In this document: in pieces, positions 55,640-64,000 of the stretch
Position numbering within the stretch: the stretch's first letter is position 1
How the letters are laid out: the number at the start of each line of letters is the position of its first letter
Assembly (NCBI GenBank): GCA_965240325.2
Contig: OZ251245.1
Location: 558,001-622,000 of the forward strand
Length of the DNA: 64,000 bases
Reading direction: 5' to 3'
DNA from: Rebecca billardiae RCC1528
Lineage: Eukaryota; Protista; Haptophyta
Notes under the pieces: model-generated
Database searches by the model: none
Seen by the model: only the letters and a program-made list of their open reading frames with translations
Told to the model about the DNA's origin: nothing
Translations under genes and position numbers: made by a program

Positions 55640-55907
55640 TCAAGGCCGCGCTCAAGCCATTCGATCGCGGTGCAGGCTATGCTCTGCCACCGACGCCGAC
55701 TTCGTGTCGACTGATCGGGCACTGCCGCCGACGAATCAGGAGACCTGCGCCGTCCGCGCAGCACAGCCACAGGTGGATCGCGCTTCAGCAGCTCAAGGCC
55801 GCGCTCAAGCTTTGCGATCGCGGTGCAGGCTATGCTCTGCCACCAACGCTGACTTCGTGTAGACGATCGTGCACTGCCGCCGACAAATCAGGAGACCCGC
55901 GTCGTCC
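55640..55907. repeat. Diverged ~115-bp direct repeat, 2 copies
   Basis: TCAAGGCCGCGCTCAAGC...GATCGCGGTGCAGGCTATGCTCTGCCACC...AATCAGGAGACC at 55640-55755 and 55793-55907. Confidence 0.9.
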
Positions 55908-56235
55908 TGCCTATGATACTTGTGTGGTGGCTCCGGATTCGGTTGACCCCTGCCAGTGGCGGGCATTCTGAGAACCGAGTCGAAGTCACTCGAGCGGACC
56001 ATATAGCCGGGTCCCTCCCGACCCCGGATTGATGACTTCAAAGCGACATTGAGCATACACCCACCTCCCAATATGTTTCAGGCTCAATTTTTATAAGTGA
56101 CACATACAGAAATCTGACCGAAATCCGAAACATGGGTAAATGCATATTGACGCGGGTATTTCTGACGGAACTTGTATTCCATTCATGCATCGACGTGATA
56201 CAGCACGCCATGACCATGTCACGCCTCACGGCAGC

Positions 56236-56967
56236 TCACCGCCCCGCACTCGCGAGCGCGCTCTGGTTGGTCAGCTGCGCGCGCATAGCATTGTGCCGCG
56301 CTCTTCTCTCAGCTGGTACACCGCCAGACGCGGCCGCTCCGCCGCCGCTGCCGCGTGCCTCCGCCTCGTGCCGCGTGCTGGGGCGCCGCTGAAAGTCAGG
56401 CGTGATCGGTTGCACGGGCGTGAGCACGACAACGCCGCGGACGATCGTGTCGCTCTCGATCTCGCCGGTGCCCAGCTCGCGCGAGCGCCGGTCAAGATCC
56501 ATGCGCGCGTATCGCTTGAAATCAGACTCGCCCCCCCATCGTCCACCACTGCCCGTCCGCCTCCTTCTGCCGCTTGCTGCTTGTCTCGGGCTCGTGAGTC
56601 GCCCTCGTCGCGACTTGCAGTGTCGAGCGCGTAAGGATCACAAAGTACTCGTCCAGACAGAGAGGCCTGAGCATATCGACGACGAGATGGAAAAGCATCC
56701 GCTCCATCGTGTTGTGCGTCCTCGACATGTTCACCTTGATCTGATTGCAGAGGTCCGGAGACGGCGCAACGTGCAGAGAGGCTTGCACCGACCGTGGTGC
56801 ACTGACGAGGTCGTGTCAGACACCGTGTGCACGATCTCCAGGTCACGCGCGACCGCAAAGAGGTGCTCGGCATCGCGGTCGCCAAGATTACCTCCCAGCT
56901 GTTCGTCCGAGACGTCGGTGTCGAACACGATGGGCACGTCCAACGCGACCCGCGCCCGCACCACCAT
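56236..56967 (-). pseudogene. Frameshifted remnant of an unknown gene
   Basis: Three successive minus-strand frames read as protein-like text: MVVRARVALDVPIVFDTDVSDEQL..., ...NMSRTHNTMERMLFHLVVDMLRPLCLDEYFVILTR..., ...MDLDRRSRELGTGEIESDTIVRGVVVLTP. They would join via two frameshifts; an AT-rich leader lies upstream. Confidence 0.4.
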
Positions 56968-57984
56968 AGTGGGCAAAAGGCCAATAAAAGTACCCGGACT
57001 CCCAGTAGAAATGGTGAAAATCGGGCTCTGGCGCCGTGTAAAAACAAGCGATCGCGGCAAACGGTGCGGATTCGCGCTCAGCTCGCCAACCCGAGTGCAG
57101 CAAGCCTTCGACCGCCTCCGTGCGACCTCGCGAAGGTCGTTTTCATTTTCGGTACGCCCGGTTTCTATGACCGGACTAATTCTATGATTTAAAGACACAG
57201 GCACGAGGGCGCAGCTCTCCTGATTCGTCTGTCGAAGTACTGAATGGAGTTAATGGAGGATGTCGCTGGAGCGCGTTGGCCGCGGGTGAGGGAGTCGTCG
57301 TAACCGATGCTGATCACACGGTCACTGAGGTAGTAGGCGCCCGGGGATGCCGCTGTTTTGCAGTCGTCGTCGGCCTTGGTCATCATGTAGTTGCCCGCGT
57401 CGTCGTCGTCCGAGGCTGTTCAAGTTGATGCCGTAGTGCGGGTAGTGGATGTGGTCGCCCGGGCCGGTGTGCGCGGCCCAGTGGCCTTGCCGAGTTGAGG
57501 GAGTGGCAGGGGTCAACCGAAGCCGGAGCCTGGTTAAATCATAGTCATAGAATGAGTATACCTGCGTCGTTAAATCATAGAATGAGTACGACTACTACAG
57601 TGATTACATGACCATTAATATGTGAATATGGTTCACCGCCATAGTGTACTACTCGATGAATGAACATATCATTTATTTATTATTATCGCTATTATGATAA
57701 GCTCAAAGTTGTTTGTCCCCACTATCATATCAGAGGAGTGTCCGGAGTCCGGAGTGCTAATTGACTTATCACGTTCGTACGCGTGCTATTATAAAATATT
57801 GATATCGATGATGAAGGCCGAAGCGAACGCCGAGCACGATTCCCCAAGAGGACTCGGGCGCGTGCCCCTCCGAACGCCCACCCCGCGGTGCCCCGATCGC
57901 TGCAAGGCCGAGGTGCCTACTCGGTGGTCACCCACCTGTGGCTGGCTCGAGCGCCCTTGGCTCGTCACCTCGTGTCGGCCTGCG

Positions 57985-60900
57985 ATGCGCGTCCTCGTGG
58001 CGGTGGCACTCGGCACCTTCGTCGCCCTCGCGTTGCTCAGCACGTCTGACGCGGGTCCGGGTCACTTGCCTGCCCGCTCCGGCGGACGTGCGCTCGCCTC
58101 GATCACCGGCACGAGCGGCGCGGACACGCTCACCGGCGAGGACGGTCCTGCAGCGACGCCCGCGAGCACCTCGCCGACCAACGTGTACAACAGCATCAGC
58201 GGCCTCGAGGGCGACGACGCGCTGTACGGTGGCAACGCCGGTGGCTCCGCCTACGGTGGCACGTACGGCCAAACCGTCCTTAACAACATCACAGCGGGCG
58301 ATGGCCAAGACTTGCTTGTGGGTGGCGACGGTGGCAACTCCACGAGCCTGACCGCATTCGGTGGGCGTACCGACAACTACCTCTACGGTGCGTGCGCGCG
58401 CGTGCGCGCCGGCCTCCACCCGAGCCCCACCCGAGCGCCGAGCGCGCGCCGCGTACACCTGACGCTCGGTACGCCGCCCGCGCCTCGTGCGCGCCGTCCC
58501 GCGCGCACCATCGCGTGTGCAGGCGAAGCGGGTGATGACACCATTCGGGGCGGGAACGCAGGCGGCACCGACCAAGCCGACAAGCGCGTCAAGGGCGGTC
58601 CGGTACTGAACGTGCTCGACGGTGGCGAGGGCGCAGACACGCTCATTGGTGGGGACGCCGCCGAGAACGCGCACGTGGACAACTACTTCTACGGCGGCAG
58701 CGGCGACGACACCGTGTTCGGCGGCGGGACGGCCGCTGCCGTCGACCCGACCTTCGCGCAAGCCGACGCGAACAATCACGCATGGCTCGGGGCGGGCAAC
58801 GATGTCTTCGTCGGCGGCACGGTCGGCGCCGCCAGCGGCAGCCTCTCCCCGTTGATCACGCCCGCGGGCGATGTGAAGAACTACGTCTACGGCGGCGCGG
58901 GCGACGACGTGCTCATCGGCTCAGACGGCGGCAACAGCTCGATCGACTCGTCCACCAGCCCGCTCAAGAATGGCGCCGACGCGTACAACACCTTCTATGG
59001 CGGCGACGGAGCGGACACGCTCATCGGCGGCAACACCGGTCACGCCACAGGTGACGGCGGTGTCGGCGGCGACGCGACAAACCACCTGCACGGCGGTGCC
59101 GGCAACGACGTCATCAAGGGCGGCTCGGGCCCTGAGGTCGGGCTGGCGAGTAAGGCGTACGCGTACGGTGGCGAGCTGAACAACTACCTGTACGGTGACG
59201 GCGGCGACGATGTCATCGTCGGTGCGCGCCGCGCCGCGCCGCGCCGCGCGCGCCCGTGCGGCGCCCGCCGCCGCGGCTCTGAGCCTGCGACGTGCTGAGT
59301 TAAGCGTGCGTCCCCCCCGCCCGCCCGCCCTCTTTCGCGCGCAGGCGGCGATTCGGGCGCCGCGACTGGCTCGTATGCGTACGGCGCCTTCGTCTACAAC
59401 TACATGTGGGGTGGATCGGGCAACGACGTCATTCACCTCGGAATCGCTGGGAACTCGCACGGCACGAGCACGGATATGGACACGGAGGAGCCCGCCTGGG
59501 GCACGTACGTGGCGAACAATGTCTACGCCGGCGACGGCGACGACATCATCACCGACGGTGCGCGTCGCGTGGCACAGCCCCGCACGTTCCTGTGCGGCGC
59601 CCAATCGCCAGCGCGCGTGCGCTCGCCCCTCCCCCCAGTTCATCCGCCCCTCGCCCCGCCCCCCTCCGTGTGTGCGCGCGCGCAGACGGGCGTCATGGTG
59701 GCGACGCCACCGGCTACTATGCCTACTTCGACGCGGAGCCCACGGTTGACCATCTGTATGGCGAGGGCGGCCACGACACGATTGCCGTCGGCGATGCTGG
59801 CGACGGGCGCGGCGACTATGTGTACGGGCTGAACCGCCAAGTCTACGCGTACGGCGGGGACGGCGAGGACACCATCACCGTCGGTGGCGCAGGCGACGCC
59901 GTCGGCACCGAGGCATACGGCGGCTATCTTGGGGCCTACCTGTACGGCGACGCCGGGAACGACGTGCTCATCGGCACGAAGGGCGCGGGTGATGCCGAGG
60001 GGTACACAGCGTATGGCGGCGCTTCGTACATCACCGCGTACGGCGGCGACGGCGACGACAAGCTCCTCTTCGGCGACGTGCACGGCGGCTCTGCGGACGG
60101 CGATCACGCGTACGGCGGTACCGCCTATGTGGAAGGCGCGTACGGCGAGGCTGGCGACGACGTCATCGAGTTCGGCGGCGCGGGCAACGGCACGAATGAG
60201 GGCGTTGGCGGCAACATGTACATCTACCTGGACGGCGGCACGGGCGACGACCACATCACCGTCGGCAGTGGCGGCGCTGGCCTCGGCGGCGGCGGCACCG
60301 GTGGGTATCTCGAGGTGGAGGCCTACTCGCAGGGCGGCAGCAACACCTTCATCGGCGGTGGCGGTGGCGCCGCGAAAGACGCGGGGTACGGCGGCGGGGC
60401 CGTTATTTACTTCCACTCGTATGGCGCCGGTGACGACGTCGCTCGCTTTGGCGGCGGTGGTGACGCGACGAGTGCTGATGGCTACGCCTACGGCGGCAGC
60501 GCCTACCTGGCCGCGTACCTGTACGATGGCGTGAATGAGGCGACCTTTGGCGGTGGCGGCGACGCGCGCACCTCCAGTGCGACGGGGACCGCCGCCTACG
60601 GCGGCGAGGCTGTGACCTACTTCTACGGCGGCGCCGACCGCGACACGGCCACGGGCGGCGCGGGCGGTGCCGCATCGGGTACTTACGCGTACGGTGGTCG
60701 CGCCACGCACTATTTCGAAGGATACGGAGGCGACGACGTGCTCACTGGAGGCAGCGGGGGCCGTGCCAGCGGCACGTATGTCGGAGGTGGCGACGTGTCC
60801 AACTACCTCTACGGCATGGACGGTGCAGACGTGCTCGTCGGCGGCAGCGGCGGCAACGCCGACGGTTCTGCGACCTCGTACGGCGGCGCCGTGTACAACT

Positions 60901-61697
60901 ACCTGGGTGGCGGCGCTGGCGACGATCTGCTGATCGGCGGCGACGGCGGCAATGCCACTGCTGGTGCCCACGGCGGCGACGTCAAGAACACACTGGTCGG
61001 CGGAGACGGTGACGACCGCCTGATCGGCGGCAACAGCGGGTTCGGCAAAGTCGCCGGCGAGGTGTACAACGACCTGGACGGCGGCGCCGGGAACGACCGG
61101 ATCGAAGGTGGCAAGGCGGACGGCCGGCTGTACGGCGGCGACGGAGACGACTACATCATTGGAGGCGCCGGCGACGAGAAGATCTACGGCGGTGCTGGCT
61201 CGAACAGGCTGATCGGCGGAGCTGGGTACGACATCATCAAGGGCGGGCTCGAGTACAACTACATCGACACCCGCGACGGCGAGGTGGACAAGATCTACAC
61301 CTACTCGAAGCAGGACGTGCTGCGGTACGACCCTGGGCTCGACATCCTCGTCGGCTACAAGTGCAAGCGCGGCCCGTGGGTCCGCTGGCTGACGCAGCCC
61401 CGCTGCCGCGAGGTTCTGCGCAAGCGCATCGTGCGCTCGGCGGGCGGCTACATCTGCGACGCCTTTGACATCGACATCGGTCACCAAGGCGGCTGCGACG
61501 ACGACCGCCGGCGCCAGCTCGCCTCCTCCAAGACCGCCGCCGAGCGCGCGCACCGGGCGGCAGTCGTCCTCGTCACGCTCAGTGCCCTCGTCGCCCTTGC
61601 GGCGGCAGTGGCGATCCTCGCCGCTCGCCGCCTCGTGCGCAGTGCGGCTGCCGGGACGAGCTCGGGCGCCCGGCCTCCCAAGCCCATGCACGTCTGA
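57985..61697 (+). CDS. Secreted, C-terminally membrane-anchored RTX-type (GGxGxD) Ca2+-binding repeat protein; 4 exons
   Basis: Signal MRVLVAVALGTFVALALL and more than 25 nonapeptide-like repeats (GGAGDDVLI, GGDGADTLI, GGAGNDVIK). Introns 58388-58522, 59222-59344 and 59558-59685. A Cys-containing cap precedes TM AVVLVTLSALVALAAAVAIL. Confidence 0.9.
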
Positions 61698-63448
61698 GCG
61701 GCATGTTCAATCCGATCAATGTGCGCCAAGGCCCAGTCTATCTACGTCATCACATCTACTACAGTCCTCTCAACAATTGATTACCCTATGGAGAGCACAC
61801 CTGCACATCACACCTTCTCCTGGCCGCCTAGGCTTGCATGACGGGCACCTGCGGCCCCAGCACCCTCCATTCGGTCGAGCTGCACCCACCCATCATGACT
61901 TCAGCCGGGTGGGTGACAATGGGAGGACTCCAGTCTGGGCAGCACGTGAAGTCACTGAAGCCCAGGCCAGCTCGCGGACGTGACCGTGGCCGACAGGCTC
62001 TCGGCTGGCTCCCACGCCCCTTTCAGCCCAGCTTGTAGCACAGCGCGCCGCTGATTTTCGGCGGAGCCTCGTGTGCTGTGCTACAGGGCATACCCAATCA
62101 GCAGGAGTGGGCCGCTGATGGCAGGCTAGGTGCATCACTGGTGCACTGTGGTTGGTGCCGCATTGGCCCCGAGTCCCCGCGACCACCACCCGCAGACAGA
62201 CAGACAGAGAGACGGATGTCGGGCCTGCGCACTGAAACCGCATGCACTGCTCACGCCAGGCTGTACTGCTAGGCTGGCTGCTAGGCAGTATCAAAGGCCA
62301 TCCATCAGCTGCAGCGCCAGGGCCCGCGCGCTATTATACCGAGCTGCTACACTCCCGCAGCCAGCCAGCCCACCGGGCCACGCCCACGGCCACGGCCTGC
62401 GGCAGTGGGCGGGGGTGAACTTTCCGCATCTCTGCCTCGGCCCTCGTGGTAGTCCTAAGCGGCACCCCGGCGCGCTGCTGAGCACCTGTCAGCCGGTTGT
62501 GCACCTGCAGTCCTGCACTCAATTTATCTGACTGACTCAGCCCACGACACCCGCGCGCCCAGCTCATACCTGACGCACCCGGTATGAGGGCGGTCAATGT
62601 AAGGGCTATAGGTGCAGTAACAGATATACACGGATAGCATCTATCATAGCAGGCAGCATGTGAGCAGTGGGCCTACGAAACAGCATCGTCAGTTCGGATG
62701 ACTGAGCTGGTACTAGACAGCAGCCAAACTCAAGCGGGTAACCAATTGCTGTTGAGAGCACTGCTGTATATATATCATATATCGCGCGATATCAATATAT
62801 ATATCTAAATCCGGCTGCCAGCACCTGCACCTTGCTAGTTGCGCTGCGGCTGGCCGCCTCTCGGCCGACGCTCACTCAGTCCCGTGACTCTAGTCATCGT
62901 CACTAGTTTCGCCTCGTCGACTCGGTCGATCGAGTCTGCTCGCTCTCGGCGTCTCGCTCTGCTCTTGCCTCTTCCGGACCCTAGTGCATCACTGGTCTGC
63001 TGGCCGACGACCCGCCCCGGATGCCCTCCGCCGCTCAGGTCCAGGACGACTGGACGTTGAGGACGTCGTCGCGTCTTCTTTTTTTTCGTCTGCTCACTGC
63101 TGGCGACGTCGGTCGTCCGTCCTCCGCCTCAGGCCTCAGCGGCTAGACGGAGAGTGCCCGAGTCGTCCGAGCCAGTCGGGCCCCGCGTCGTGTAGCTGGC
63201 CGCCATTGCTCGGCATGCCGCGAGTGTCGGCATCATCATATCCGCCCGCTGCCCGCCGTGGTGCCGTGCCCGTGGCATGCATCAGTAAATATTCAGTTCC
63301 GCCGATGAACTCTCTCTCTCTCTGCTGTGAGCGACTGGCCCTGCGCCCGGCCGGGCCGCGCGCCGTGGTAACCGTGCTCGGATCAGGTGGTGCATAACGA
63401 CGATGCCAAGCAGAAACATAGCACCAGAGCCCACGCATGCCTGCGCAG

Positions 63449-64000
63449 TCATAGCTTCGAGCGCACCTCCGGCATCGCGCTCGGGCCGGCCTGTGCACGA
63501 TTGAGCGAGCCGATGGCCCCTGCGCGCGCGGGGCGGTAGCACGCGTACTGCCGCTGCTGCTCCGCACTCATGCCGAGCCACAGCTCGACGGTGCGCTCCT
63601 CCTCGGCGACCAGGTGCCGGCGCATGAGCGAGTCCAGCTCCAGCACGAGTGCGCGCAGCTCTCGCGCGCTCCGGCTCGCCACCGCGTCGATGACGTCGCC
63701 ATCCCCGGCGCCGTGCGCAGCCAGCGCGTCCAGCGTGGTGCGCACGCGGTCGACCACGGCGTCCAGCGCGCCGTGCTCCTGCTCGTACTGCTCTCGAGCC
63801 CCGCGGAACTCGGTGGGGAACGTCGCCTCGAGGAACGGGAAGAGCTTCGTGTCCTCGAGCGTCGAGTGCGCGTCGAGCAGGAGGTCCATGTCCTCGAACG
63901 CCTGGCGCAGCCGCGAGAGCGCGCCGCGCACCTCTTGCGCGGGCGTCTGCGGCGTGGCCGAGGCGAGTGTCAGAGACACAGCCCGCAGCGATTGGATGTG
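63449..64000 (-). CDS. Hemerythrin-like (HHE cation-binding) domain protein, 5' part outside the window
   Basis: LDAHSTLEDTKLFPFLE...YEQEHGALD...MRRHLVAEE (HxxxE, H, HxxxEE pattern). Probable splice acceptor at 63947. Confidence 0.8.
   Translation of the reverse strand, partial: HIQSLRAVSLTLASATPQTPAQEVRGALSRLRQAFEDMDLLLDAHSTLEDTKLFPFLEATFPTEFRGAREQYEQEHGALDAVVDRVRTTLDALAAHGAGDGDVIDAVASRSARELRALVLELDSLMRRHLVAEEERTVELWLGMSAEQQRQYACYRPARAGAIGSLNRAQAGPSAMPEVRSKL

Larger units (their letters stand above)
54330..57700. other. Lower-GC island with fragmented ORFs and repeats; possible decayed mobile or foreign element
   Basis: A/T content is visibly higher than in the flanks, with no long ORF and no host-style introns. 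It contains frameshifted coding-like fragments and local direct repeats. No recognisable transposase or RT motif. Confidence 0.45.

Noticed and set aside
57123-57180. Helitron 3' end (hairpin + CTRR)
   Set aside because: Hairpin-to-CTAA spacing does not fit and no RepHel remnant is recognisable.
57985-61697. Bacterial contamination as the source of the RTX gene
   Set aside because: It has host-style spliceosomal introns, a signal peptide and a TM anchor, and is contiguous with eukaryotic genes.
1-64000. tRNA, rRNA, telomeric repeats or intact transposase/RT genes
   Set aside because: None recognised by eye; small ncRNAs cannot be excluded without covariance-model searches.

Overview
Very GC-rich, gene-dense eukaryotic DNA with short spliceosomal introns (GTGCGC...GCAG; one GC-AG intron). 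Bipartite signal+transit leaders point to an alga with a complex red plastid, most plausibly a haptophyte of the Pavlovales/Diacronema type (inference from composition, intron style and leaders). I could build 18 protein-coding gene models by hand, two truncated by the window edges: EST1/SMG5-7-like (missed by the ORF track), thioredoxin, a giant polycystin-1-like receptor, fibrillin, WDR83, a type II membrane methyltransferase-like protein, an unknown protein, an ATF6-like membrane-tethered bZIP, CCT3, a small plastid membrane protein, ELMOD, a degenerate IGPS-like protein, an ARID-chromo-chromoshadow HP1-like protein, plastid glutathione reductase, a TPR + alpha/beta-hydrolase fusion, a PILS/AEC transporter, a membrane-anchored RTX-repeat protein and a hemerythrin-like protein. 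A lower-GC island with broken ORFs lies at about 54.3-57.7 kb. The best candidate for an undescribed system is the ~6,150-aa receptor: a 7-blade RCC1/BLIP-II propeller on ~2,600 residues of Ser-Pro3 stalk, then IPT, REJ, an intact GPS, PKD1-like TM helices and a degenerate EF-hand pair. All assignments come from motif recognition by eye; no searches were run. Most ORF-track entries are GC-shadow artefacts.
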